Part shown: piece after piece, positions 8,152-15,726 of the stretch | Layout of the letters: each line of letters starts with the position of its first letter | Position numbering within the stretch: position 1 is the first letter of the stretch | IMG/VR virus record: IMGVR_UViG_3300049982_000206 | Origin: an uncultured virus (IMG/VR IMGVR_UViG_3300049982_000206) | Lineage: Duplodnaviria > Heunggongvirae > Uroviricota > Caudoviricetes | Length of the DNA: 20,000 nucleotides | Reading direction: 5' to 3' (one strand) | The notes under the pieces: generated by a model | What the model was told of the DNA's origin: nothing | Databases searched by the model: none | Seen by the model: the letters and a program-made list of their open reading frames with translations, nothing else | Translations under genes and position numbers: made by a program

Positions 8152-8468
8152 CGTACTACACCCATCAAGCGATCGAGGCCGTCGCCGAGCCAGGCGACAA
8201 GAGCCGTGAATGCCGCGTGTGCGGGGTAGCTGTGACTGGCGTCGGCGACACACTCACCCACTGCGATGAGCAGATCCGCACGATCGCCGTCGACCGCGAG
8301 TACCTGTCGGCGGTGCGCCAAGCTGCTGAGGCCGCTGAGCAGGCGCTGTCCCAGATCACGATCCGTGCTACGGAAGCTGAGCGGGCCCGGGCGGTCGCCG
8401 TGGCCATCTATTCGGCTGGTCTGCTGCGGCAGAGGGCAGTGAGGCCGCGGGCCCAATCCAGTCGTTAA
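8148..8468 (+). CDS. Hypothetical protein (106 aa), CxxC plus Ala-rich helix
   Basis: ATGA coupling; its TAA stop is the first three bases of a class I motif. Confidence 0.7.
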   Translation: MTYYTHQAIEAVAEPGDKSRECRVCGVAVTGVGDTLTHCDEQIRTIAVDREYLSAVRQAAEAAEQALSQITIRATEAERARAVAVAIYSAGLLRQRAVRPRAQSSR

Positions 8469-8502
8469 GGGTGTGTACTTTCGCAGTAAGGGTGTGTACG
8501 CT
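8466..8502 (+). promoter_or_regulatory. Tandem class I motif: TAAGGGTGTGTACTTT (8466-8481) and TAAGGGTGTGTACGCT (8487-8502)
   Basis: Direct repeat with 21-bp period; no TTG-type -35 and no AAGAGCAG hairpin. Confidence 0.75.
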
Positions 8503-8511
8503 GAAGCTCAA

Positions 8512-8542
8512 CGCGACGCTAACTACATCCCTGTAGCACGGT
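8512..8542 (+). promoter_or_regulatory. Class II promoter-like motif, copy 4: CGCGACGCTA-N14-GCACGGT
   Basis: Intergenic, same spacing; 8 nt before ATG 8551. Confidence 0.75.
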
Positions 8543-8550
8543 GAGGCCGG

Positions 8551-8994
8551 ATGAGCACCCGGCCGAACAGGAGACCCGCCTTGACGATGCAAAAGCACAC
8601 CTTCGACGACGACGGCAACGGGTACTGCGACACGTGCCCGCTGCCGCATAAGAACCCCATTCACGACGTCGTACGACCGGCGGTCAACGAGCCGGCGCCG
8701 ATCATCACCGTGAACCAGACCGCCACCTCGCAGGCCGCTGGTGAGGCCGCCCGGATCCGCTCCGGATCGCTGCGCGAAGCGGCGTACCGGTTCATCGCAA
8801 GCCGCCCAGGCGGAGCGACCACAGAAGAGGTCGAGATCGCCCTGGAGCGGTCGCACCAGTCGGTGTCGTCCGCAATCAACTCCCTGACCGCGCACGGGCA
8901 CCTGACGGCGCTCGTTCGCAATGGCGCCGAGGTGCAGCGCGCTACCCGCTCTGGCCGCTCCGCCACCGTCTACGTCATCAGGCGGGCCGCATGA
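8551..8994 (+). CDS. Winged-helix DNA-binding protein with N-terminal H...CxxC...H module
   Basis: GATTEEVEIALERSHQSVSSAINSL...RATRSGRSATVY; alternative starts TTG 8581 or ATG 8587 follow an AGGAG. Confidence 0.8.
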   Translation: MSTRPNRRPALTMQKHTFDDDGNGYCDTCPLPHKNPIHDVVRPAVNEPAPIITVNQTATSQAAGEAARIRSGSLREAAYRFIASRPGGATTEEVEIALERSHQSVSSAINSLTAHGHLTALVRNGAEVQRATRSGRSATVYVIRRAA

Positions 8995-9260
8995 CGCGCG
9001 AGGAACTGCTCACGCTGCTGCTGGCCGAGGGCACCCAGCCCGGTCCGCTGCCGGGCGTCCCGTACGACTCCCCCACGGACCAGAAGGCACGGCGTGAAGC
9101 GCTGCTCTCTGACCTGCGCGCAGTCGACAAGTACAACTCCGGTCAACCGCGCCCACCCGCCGTACCGAGAATCGTCCGACGCGCCCAGTGTGCGAACTGC
9201 GGCTCACCGAACCTGGTCGCGGTACGCCCCCAGCCTCGCCGGCCGGAGGTGGCGGCATGA
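8991..9260 (+). CDS. Hypothetical protein (89 aa)
   Basis: ATGA-coupled at both ends. Confidence 0.7.
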   Translation: MTREELLTLLLAEGTQPGPLPGVPYDSPTDQKARREALLSDLRAVDKYNSGQPRPPAVPRIVRRAQCANCGSPNLVAVRPQPRRPEVAA

Positions 9261-9661
9261 CTCCCGAGCGAGCATTGACGGTCCGGCAACCGTGGGCATC
9301 CCTGATCATCACCGGCAACAAACTGATCGAGAACCGAGTGTGGGACACACGGTGGCGAGGCACGTTCGCCGTCCACGCTGGCAAGGCGGTCGACAAGCAC
9401 GACGTCGACGCACTCGCCGACGAGTTCGGGCTCACGCCGCCCCACCCGACGGGCTACCTCGGGCTCGTCGACCTCGTCGATGTCCACTTCGCCGACTTGC
9501 ACTGCTGCGGTGTCTGGGCCCTACCCGACGTCTACCACTGGCGCCTGGAGAATCCCCGCCCATTCCCTCAGCCAATCCCCGGTCTCGGCCGCCTCGGGCT
9601 GTACACCTGCCCACCAGCCGTTAGGGACGCCATCGCAACAACCCTCCGGGAGTCAGCGTGA
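9257..9661 (+). CDS. ASCH domain protein
   Basis: ALTVRQPWASLIITGNKLIENRVW...RG...HAGK matches the ASCH GxKxxExR signature; GGAGG before ATG 9257. Confidence 0.9.
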   Translation: MTPERALTVRQPWASLIITGNKLIENRVWDTRWRGTFAVHAGKAVDKHDVDALADEFGLTPPHPTGYLGLVDLVDVHFADLHCCGVWALPDVYHWRLENPRPFPQPIPGLGRLGLYTCPPAVRDAIATTLRESA

Positions 9662-9960
9662 CCACCGAACCGAACCACCTCACGACAGAGCAGATGCTGA
9701 CGGCTGGGCTCAGTCCACGCCAGCTCGAATACTGGGTCGGCCGCGGATATCTCCGGCCCGAAACTGCCAGCCCGGGCACCGGCTTCCCTCGCCGCTGGCC
9801 GCCGACCGAGCAGCAGATCGCGCACCTCATGGTCCGGCTCACTCACGCAGGTCTCATCCCCGGTGTCGCGGCTTCGGCTGCCCGGGTCGCGATCGAACAC
9901 GGCCTGACCGAGATCGTCCTATCGGACGGCATCGTCGTCGGCGTACGGGACGCCGCATGA
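9658..9960 (+). CDS. MerR-type HTH DNA-binding protein
   Basis: GLSPRQLEYWVGRGYLRP...GTGFPRRW...LTHAG. Confidence 0.8.
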   Translation: MTTEPNHLTTEQMLTAGLSPRQLEYWVGRGYLRPETASPGTGFPRRWPPTEQQIAHLMVRLTHAGLIPGVAASAARVAIEHGLTEIVLSDGIVVGVRDAA

Positions 9961-10523
9961 CCGACGCCCTATTCCCGCTCGGCGACCTCGGGGCCGAGAC
10001 GCTGTCGAGCGCAAGACTGTCTCCCTGCGGCACCTACCGCTACACCCTCGACCGGGTCTGGGACCGGCGGCGCCGCGCAGCAGTCTTCCTGATGCTGAAC
10101 CCGTCGACCGCCGATGCCAGCGAGAACGACCCGACCATCCGCCGCTGCATCGGGTTCGCGAAGCGCAACGGGTACGGCGGGATCACCGTGGTGAACCTGT
10201 TCGCACTCCGCGCCACCAAACCGGCCGCGCTCGCTCTGCACCCGGATCCGGTTGGTCCGGACAACGATATGTGGATCCAGTCGGTGCTGTTCAAGCAGCC
10301 TGCCGCCGTGATCGCCGCATGGGGCGCGTACCCACCCGCCGCCGGCCGTGGAATGGCGGATCGGGCTACTGAGCGCGTCGCCGCAGTACTGCGGCTGGTC
10401 GCCATCTACGGCGTTCCGCTCAAATGCCTCGGCACCACCAAAGACGGCCAACCGCGGCACCCGCTGTACCTGGCCGGCAGTACACCCCTGACCGATTACC
10501 GGCCCCCGGAGGTCGCAGCATGA
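9957..10523 (+). CDS. DUF1643 family protein
   Basis: SPCGTYRYTLDRVW...FLMLNPSTAD...DPTIRRC...VNLFALRAT...AAWG...PRHPLY; start ATG 9957 by ATGA overlap. Confidence 0.9.
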   Translation: MTDALFPLGDLGAETLSSARLSPCGTYRYTLDRVWDRRRRAAVFLMLNPSTADASENDPTIRRCIGFAKRNGYGGITVVNLFALRATKPAALALHPDPVGPDNDMWIQSVLFKQPAAVIAAWGAYPPAAGRGMADRATERVAAVLRLVAIYGVPLKCLGTTKDGQPRHPLYLAGSTPLTDYRPPEVAA

Positions 10524-11218
10524 AGAAGACGTACCCCAGCTTGCTCTTGCTAGTCGTCCTCGCGGTCTGTGCGGGAGGTGTCGCCTGGTCGCGCAGCGCA
10601 CCAACTCTGACCCTGCCCGCGCGCGTCGACCTGTCGATCCTGCAACTGCTGGACCACAGCAAGGTCGTCGACAAGCGTCCCGACGTACCCGGCTATGACC
10701 GTGGCTGCGGATCCGGTGAGGCCTGCGTCTTCGGGCAGGCCTGGGCCGACGTCGACCGCAACGGATGCGACACCCGCAACGACGTGCTGAAGCAGCAGCT
10801 CCAGAAGGAAACGGTCATCACCCGCACCGGAAGCCGCGGATGCGTGGTCATCTCCGGCGACGGCCGCGACCCGTACAGCGGCGGCCTCATCCGCTACCGC
10901 AAAACCAGCGGCGACGGAGACCACGTGGAGATCGACCACGTCTATCCGTTGGCGCTGGCCTGGGACATGGGCGCGAACACCTGGTCACAGGAGCGTCGGC
11001 GTGAATTCGCGAACGACCAGCTGAACCTCAAGGTCGCGCTGCAGAAGACCAACCGAGCGAAGAGTGACAAGACGCCAGCCGAGTGGACCGAGCACATCGC
11101 TCCGACGCTGCGCTGCGACTACGTCAAGACGTTCCTGAACGTTGCCCTCGCCTACGCCCTGCCGATCACCCGCGCTGACGCGGAGTCGATTCGGTCCACC
11201 GCCAACACCTGCGTCTGA
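10520..11218 (+). CDS. Secreted or membrane-anchored DUF1524 (HNH-like) nuclease
   Basis: Signal-like MKKTYPSLLLLVVLAVCAGG; NGCDTRNDVL, DPYSG, IDHVYPL, FAND..NL, NRAKSD motifs; GGAGG before ATG 10520. Confidence 0.88.
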   Translation: MKKTYPSLLLLVVLAVCAGGVAWSRSAPTLTLPARVDLSILQLLDHSKVVDKRPDVPGYDRGCGSGEACVFGQAWADVDRNGCDTRNDVLKQQLQKETVITRTGSRGCVVISGDGRDPYSGGLIRYRKTSGDGDHVEIDHVYPLALAWDMGANTWSQERRREFANDQLNLKVALQKTNRAKSDKTPAEWTEHIAPTLRCDYVKTFLNVALAYALPITRADAESIRSTANTCV

Positions 11219-11227
11219 GGAGACCCC

Positions 11228-11818
11228 GTGAAGAGTCCTACGACGGCACCCATCTACTTCGAGGTCGACGGCAAGCCTCAGCCTGCAACGAACTGCCACT
11301 GGATCGAGATTGCAACCTGTGGGTGCATCGCCGCGATTCACGTTGCTGCGTACGAGGTCCGCGGCGAACTGACCGTGCACAACACCGCTGAGGACGCGTT
11401 CTTCAGCGACCTGCCCAAGGTGGTGCGGGAGTACGAGCAGTCGCTCGGCCGCACCTACCGGCTGATCACCCACCAGCAGTACCGCGACACCTACATGGAC
11501 CAGATGAAGGGATCGTGCCCTCACACCCCGCAGTGGGGCGAGGTGCCGGTTCCGGTTCCGGACGGGTGGTCATGGAAGTGCAGCGACAGCGTCGTACGCC
11601 GGACGCACCGCAAGCACATCGTGCCCGACGAGATGCCTCAGGGCGGGCGCACACAGGTCGCTGCGCTGTGCGGCAAGAAGGAGTACGACTTTGCGTGGCG
11701 CGGTGACGAGTGGCATGACCTCGCACACAAGGTCCCGTGCAAGAAGTGCGTGAAGCGCGCCGACGAAACCAGTCCCGCACTGCCCGGCGTGCTGGACATG
11801 AAGACAGGAGAGCAGTGA
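11228..11818 (+). CDS. Cys/His-rich hypothetical protein (196 aa)
   Basis: GAGGAG before GTG 11228; TCGC, CPH, HIV...ALCG...CKKC. Confidence 0.78.
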   Translation: MKSPTTAPIYFEVDGKPQPATNCHWIEIATCGCIAAIHVAAYEVRGELTVHNTAEDAFFSDLPKVVREYEQSLGRTYRLITHQQYRDTYMDQMKGSCPHTPQWGEVPVPVPDGWSWKCSDSVVRRTHRKHIVPDEMPQGGRTQVAALCGKKEYDFAWRGDEWHDLAHKVPCKKCVKRADETSPALPGVLDMKTGEQ

Positions 11819-12366
11819 TGATCCGCAACCTCGCAAGAGTCTTGGCCGTCGTCCTGGTAGGCATCGGCGCGTTAGTTGCCTGCGGCGACGACCAGCAAGC
11901 TTGTGCGGCCACCATGGGGAACCCGAGACCCAACCCACCGAAGTACAACCCGCCGCCAAGGCCCAGCGGTCAGCGCACCTCGTCGAAGGTTCAGGACCGG
12001 ACGAGCAAGAAGACGACGACCGGCACCTCGAACGGCAGCAGCAAGAAGAGCACGAACCCGTACTGGCGGTCGTCGAGCAAGCCGACGACCTGGGGCGGGT
12101 ACAACACGAGCAGCCGAAACTGGTCGCAGCCGTACCGGAAGAACATGCCGGTCGCGCCGCAGCCGGTGATCGTGAACTACTACGGCCACGACTACCGGAC
12201 CTACCCGATGTTCCCGGGGTACTACCCGGTCGGTGTCTGGCCGGTCGGGTACGGGGCTCACTACGGCTGTGTTGCCGAGCGCGAGGCCGAGCCCGAGCAG
12301 GCGCCTACCCCGGCGCCGACCGTCACAGTCACCGTACCGCCGAGCCCAACGGAGACTCCTCGATGA
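11818..12366 (+). CDS. Lipoprotein with low-complexity Ser/Thr/Lys-rich and Tyr/Gly/Pro-rich segments (182 aa)
   Basis: AGGAG at 11806-11810; MIRNLARVLAVVLVGIGA-LVA-C lipobox. Confidence 0.8.
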   Translation: MIRNLARVLAVVLVGIGALVACGDDQQACAATMGNPRPNPPKYNPPPRPSGQRTSSKVQDRTSKKTTTGTSNGSSKKSTNPYWRSSSKPTTWGGYNTSSRNWSQPYRKNMPVAPQPVIVNYYGHDYRTYPMFPGYYPVGVWPVGYGAHYGCVAEREAEPEQAPTPAPTVTVTVPPSPTETPR

Positions 12367-13586
12367 GCGACAGCACGATCGAGTGGACACAGAAGGTCTG
12401 GAACCCAGTTCTGGGCTGCAGCCGGGTGTCGGCCGGGTGCACAAACTGCTACGCCATCACCTCGGCGCGAATCCGGCAGAGTAATCCGAACCCGAAGATC
12501 GCCACGGCGTTCGCGGGTCTCGTCGAACGCGTCGACGACGGTTCGGACAAGGGCCGGCTCGACTGGACCGGGCAGGTCAACCTGCTCCCCGAGCGTCTGT
12601 TCCAGCCGCTGAGGTGGAAGGCCGGTCAGCGGGTGTTCGTGAACTCGATGAGCGACCTGTTCCACAAGAACGTCCCGCGCAACTACATCGTCCAGGTGTT
12701 CGCCGTGATGGCCCTGGCCCGGTGGCACCAGTTCCAGTTGCTGACCAAGCAGCCTGCCCGCATGCGCAGTCTCCTCAATGACCCGGAGTTCCGGCCCGAT
12801 GTCCACATGGCCATGCAGGACCTGCTACGTCGAAGCGACGTACCGATCCCGATCGGGAACAAGCGGGCCCTCACCACGGACGTCGAGGCTTGGATGCCGT
12901 ACACCGAATGGCCGCTCCCCAACCTCTGGCTCGGCGTCTCCGTGGAAAACCAGAAGTGGGCAGACATCCGCATCCCTGCCCTGCTTGCGACTCCTGCGGC
13001 CGTCAGGTGGTTGTCGTGTGAGCCGCTGCTCGGTCCACTTAACCTTTTCGGGAGCGTCGACGAGGGATGCGACACAGCCGGTCCAGCGATCTCGCACGAG
13101 GGCTACTCGTTTCCGGTCGACTACGGCTCGGGGACCGAGTGGACATGTGATCATCAGGTCGGGATCGACTGGGTTGTCGCGGGTGGTGAGTCTGGCCACA
13201 ACGCCCGGCCCATGCACCCAGACTGGGCACGCAGCCTCCGCGACCAGTGCCAAGCCGCGGGCGTTCCGTTCCTGTTCAAGCAGTGGGGCGAGTGGGGGCC
13301 AGCAGAATGGAAGGTCGAGCGCATTGCGGGCGAGGCCGACCATGCGTACAAGGATCGAGCTGAGGCGGTCGGCGCGACCCACGTGCACACGCATAACCCG
13401 ATCGAGGTTGACGGCGAGACGACGTACCACCTGTACAAGCCGAACTACATGCCGTGGTCGATCGAGCGGCAGCCGATGGGCGAACACAACTGGCACGCGC
13501 CAATCCGCCGGTGGGGCAAGAAGAAGGCCGGCCGCGAGCTAGACGGCCTGGTACACGACGGCTACCCGGCCGCGGGGCGCGCATGA
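12363..13586 (+). CDS. DUF5131 / phage Gp37Gp68 family protein (three-Cys, radical-SAM-like)
   Basis: IEWT..WNPV.GC..VS.GC.NCYA, VFVNSMSDLFH, FQLLTK, NLWLGVSVENQ, LSCEPLLG, WVVAGGESG..ARPM, FLFKQWG; start ATG 12363. Confidence 0.93.
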   Translation: MSDSTIEWTQKVWNPVLGCSRVSAGCTNCYAITSARIRQSNPNPKIATAFAGLVERVDDGSDKGRLDWTGQVNLLPERLFQPLRWKAGQRVFVNSMSDLFHKNVPRNYIVQVFAVMALARWHQFQLLTKQPARMRSLLNDPEFRPDVHMAMQDLLRRSDVPIPIGNKRALTTDVEAWMPYTEWPLPNLWLGVSVENQKWADIRIPALLATPAAVRWLSCEPLLGPLNLFGSVDEGCDTAGPAISHEGYSFPVDYGSGTEWTCDHQVGIDWVVAGGESGHNARPMHPDWARSLRDQCQAAGVPFLFKQWGEWGPAEWKVERIAGEADHAYKDRAEAVGATHVHTHNPIEVDGETTYHLYKPNYMPWSIERQPMGEHNWHAPIRRWGKKKAGRELDGLVHDGYPAAGRA

Positions 13587-13759
13587 CTGGCCTTCCGCCT
13601 GTCGCCGCCCTGGAGGAGGTTCTGAAGGCCGCGCTGAGCAGCGGGGATGCCCGCGGCGTCACGGCCGCCCTGGAGCTGATCGCAGTGCAGGACCCCGACC
13701 GCGCAAGCGAGCTGCACGAAGCCATCCAACTCGGTATCGCTATTGGGAGCGCCTCATGA
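13583..13759 (+). CDS. Small helical hypothetical protein (58 aa)
   Basis: ATGA-coupled at both ends. Confidence 0.7.
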   Translation: MTGLPPVAALEEVLKAALSSGDARGVTAALELIAVQDPDRASELHEAIQLGIAIGSAS

Positions 13760-13992
13760 TCCTCGGAGACCTGACCGCACATCACATCGGCCGGATTGTC
13801 ACCTTCCGGCCTGGAGGCCCGGCCCGCGCGATCGCGAGCCTGCGACACTTCACGATCTCCGACCCGGAAACCAAGAACGGCGTACTGCGACGTACGAGCG
13901 TGATGCTCACGTCGACAGGAGCCGGCGCCAAAGACCATCAGAGCGAGCACATCGGCGACTCGGCCGACCAGGTGGTGATCGGGAATGGCTGA
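13756..13992 (+). CDS. Hypothetical protein (78 aa)
   Basis: GGGAG upstream, ATGA coupling. Confidence 0.7.
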   Translation: MILGDLTAHHIGRIVTFRPGGPARAIASLRHFTISDPETKNGVLRRTSVMLTSTGAGAKDHQSEHIGDSADQVVIGNG

Positions 13993-14296
13993 CTGGCTGA
14001 AGATCAAGATCGACCACGAGGTTCGGTGGCATAAGACGACTGAGTTCGAGGTCGACGCCGCGGCGGTCCGCGAGTACTTCGAGCTAGCCGACGATGCCGA
14101 GATCACCGAAGAGCAGCTGCGTGAGTACGTCGAGGGTGATCTGGAGTGTGGCGAGCCTGTCGGCTGGTTGCCGAACGAGGAGTACGGCGAGGGCTACGAC
14201 TGGGTGAGCGCTGACGTCCACGCAGTGACCTACGCAGAGGATCGGTCGCGCAGCCGTCTCGTGGAGGCAGTACAGCCGGACCAGCAGTATGTCTGA
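13985..14296 (+). CDS. Small highly acidic hypothetical protein (103 aa)
   Basis: 8-nt overlaps at both ends; about 27 Asp/Glu by hand count. Confidence 0.75.
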   Translation: MADWLKIKIDHEVRWHKTTEFEVDAAAVREYFELADDAEITEEQLREYVEGDLECGEPVGWLPNEEYGEGYDWVSADVHAVTYAEDRSRSRLVEAVQPDQQYV

Positions 14297-14654
14297 ACCC
14301 CGCCGAGCGCCGACGCGGATTCAGCGCAAGCGAACTCGGGGGTGGCGAATGCCAGCCGGCGCCGTGTACGTCGGTCGGCCGACGGTCTTCGGCAATCCGT
14401 GGACCAAAGGCGACGCCGAGTACTGGTTGACTCCCGCTGCCGACTGGCGCAAGTGGGTCGTGGATCGGTACGACGCCGAGTTGACCGAGCGCGGCGGAAC
14501 CGGCGAACTGGAGTTCGTCACCGTCGAGCAGATCCGCGAGCGGCTCCGCGGGAAAGACCTTGCCTGCTGGTGCCCGCTCGGTGCCGCGTGCCATGCCGAT
14601 GTACTGCTCCGAATCGCCAACGAAGAACCAGCCGTCAATGACGAGACCCGGTGA
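14289..14654 (+). CDS. DUF4326 family protein
   Basis: RIQRKRT.GWRMP..AVYVGRPT.FGNPW...LRGKDLACWCP...CHADVLL.IAN. Confidence 0.92.
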   Translation: MSEPRRAPTRIQRKRTRGWRMPAGAVYVGRPTVFGNPWTKGDAEYWLTPAADWRKWVVDRYDAELTERGGTGELEFVTVEQIRERLRGKDLACWCPLGAACHADVLLRIANEEPAVNDETR

Positions 14655-15135
14655 GAAGCCGCCGATGACTATCACCACTCGCCGCGCACTGGCCGAACCC
14701 TGCTTCACGACCTATCCGCTTCGCGGTCAAAAGCTGGTCTGCCCATTCGGCTGCGGCAACACCCTCATGTACACCATGCTCGACGTCCAGTGCTCCGACT
14801 CCGACTGCCCGAGCATGGGTGGTCCCGTCAGCAAGGTCCCACCCAGGTCGCCGTACCAGCACGGCGACCGAGTCCAATTGCACGGCTACCCGGGCGAGGA
14901 CGCCGGGCACCGTCGTACCGGATTCCGCGGCGTAGTCACCGGCTCGCTCGGATCGACCATCCTCCGCGGTCTCACCGACACTGGTGAGGAGTGGGCCGAA
15001 CACTGGGGCGCGCTAGACCCAGACGGGACACCGGCCCGCAGTGGTGCGTGTACCTGCTGCCCGAGGCCTGCGCGGAAGCCGGTCCAGCTCGAACTGTTCG
15101 GGATGGCTCGCTGCAAGTCGCCTGGAGTGTCATAG
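14638..15135 (+). CDS. Cys-rich hypothetical protein with SH3-like central segment
   Basis: Start ATG 14638 or 14665; CPFGC...CSDSDC, YQHGDRV...GVVTG, CTCC. Confidence 0.65.
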   Translation: MTRPGEKPPMTITTRRALAEPCFTTYPLRGQKLVCPFGCGNTLMYTMLDVQCSDSDCPSMGGPVSKVPPRSPYQHGDRVQLHGYPGEDAGHRRTGFRGVVTGSLGSTILRGLTDTGEEWAEHWGALDPDGTPARSGACTCCPRPARKPVQLELFGMARCKSPGVS

Positions 15136-15192
15136 CAGCAGGGTCGGTTCGGGCTGCTGATCACAGGCCTCTCGGATCTTCACGCGGGCCGA

Positions 15193-15223
15193 CGCGACAC
15201 TAAGCAGGCAGCCGGGGCAACGT
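15193..15223 (+). promoter_or_regulatory. Class II promoter-like motif, copy 5: CGCGACACTA-N14-GCAACGT
   Basis: Intergenic, upstream block identical to copies 1 and 2; ends 6 nt before the SD-less ATG 15230. Confidence 0.7.
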
Positions 15224-15229
15224 CGGCGT

Positions 15230-15637
15230 ATGGCCGATCCCCGACCCCAGTTCCTGCGCAGTGTCACCATCCGCGACCGAACGTCCAGTAACGACGAGCG
15301 GTTCCCCGTCCACGTCGGCAACAGCGTGCTCCTAGACGGTGAGGAGCACGCTGACCTGTTTCTGCTGAACGACGGCTGGACAGCTGAAGGCGGAGCACAT
15401 GAAGGCACCGTTCTCTCGCTGACCGCGGACGCTACCCGTGTGACGGTAGGCAGGGTGGCCGACGGAAAGTTCGAGTCGTACCGGCTCGACGACATCCCCG
15501 TACTGGTCCCCCGGGACGCCGAATGGGAGTTCCTGCCCGTCAGCGACGATCATCCGCCAGCGGTGCGAGTGCAGCTGTACGTCGAACACTTTGGGTTCGA
15601 CGTTCCCCCATCGGTCGAGACGGCTGTCGGAAAATGA
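15230..15637 (+). CDS. Acidic beta-rich hypothetical protein (135 aa)
   Basis: Fills the space between two promoter motifs; probable leaderless start. Confidence 0.72.
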   Translation: MADPRPQFLRSVTIRDRTSSNDERFPVHVGNSVLLDGEEHADLFLLNDGWTAEGGAHEGTVLSLTADATRVTVGRVADGKFESYRLDDIPVLVPRDAEWEFLPVSDDHPPAVRVQLYVEHFGFDVPPSVETAVGK

Positions 15638-15651
15638 CGGGCGCGGGATCG

Positions 15652-15681
15652 TTGCCTGAATCTAGTAAGGGTGTGTACGCT
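15652..15681 (+). promoter_or_regulatory. Class I promoter: TTGCCT-N18-TACGCT containing TAAGGGTGTGTACGCT
   Basis: Intergenic; -35 at 15652-15657, -10 at 15676-15681. Confidence 0.8.
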
Positions 15682-15685
15682 CGGG

Positions 15686-15719
15686 GTGAGGTGGAAGAGC
15701 AGCCACCCTCACTAGGAGG
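15686..15719 (+). promoter_or_regulatory. Leader hairpin GTGAGGTGG-AAGAGCAG-CCACCCTCAC followed by AGGAGG
   Basis: 9-bp stem with one bulged C; loop 15695-15702; SD 15714-15719; ATG 15727. Confidence 0.8.
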
Positions 15720-15726
15720 ACTCATC

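Noticed and set aside
9243..10523. Two genes ending in PEVAA* (CCGGAGGTnGCnGCATGA at about 9243 and 10506)
   Set aside because: Explained by a GGAGG SD plus ATGA coupling for the next gene, common in phage operons.
11901..12362. Apparent 154-aa N-terminal extension of DUF5131 (561-aa ORF); similar extensions at 323, 1581, 6154, 6537, 9480, 10424, 15523 and 18502
   Set aside because: They overlap upstream genes or promoters in another frame; internal starts with SD or ATGA coupling match the family N-termini.
14108..14117. GAAGAGCAGC matching the hairpin loop
   Set aside because: Inside a CDS (Glu-Glu-Gln), with no flanking stem and no downstream AGGAG.
15136..15159. CAGCAG...CTGCTG inverted repeat after the 15135 stop as a terminator
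   Set aside because: Only a 6-bp stem with a 12-nt loop and no U-tract; too weak to call.
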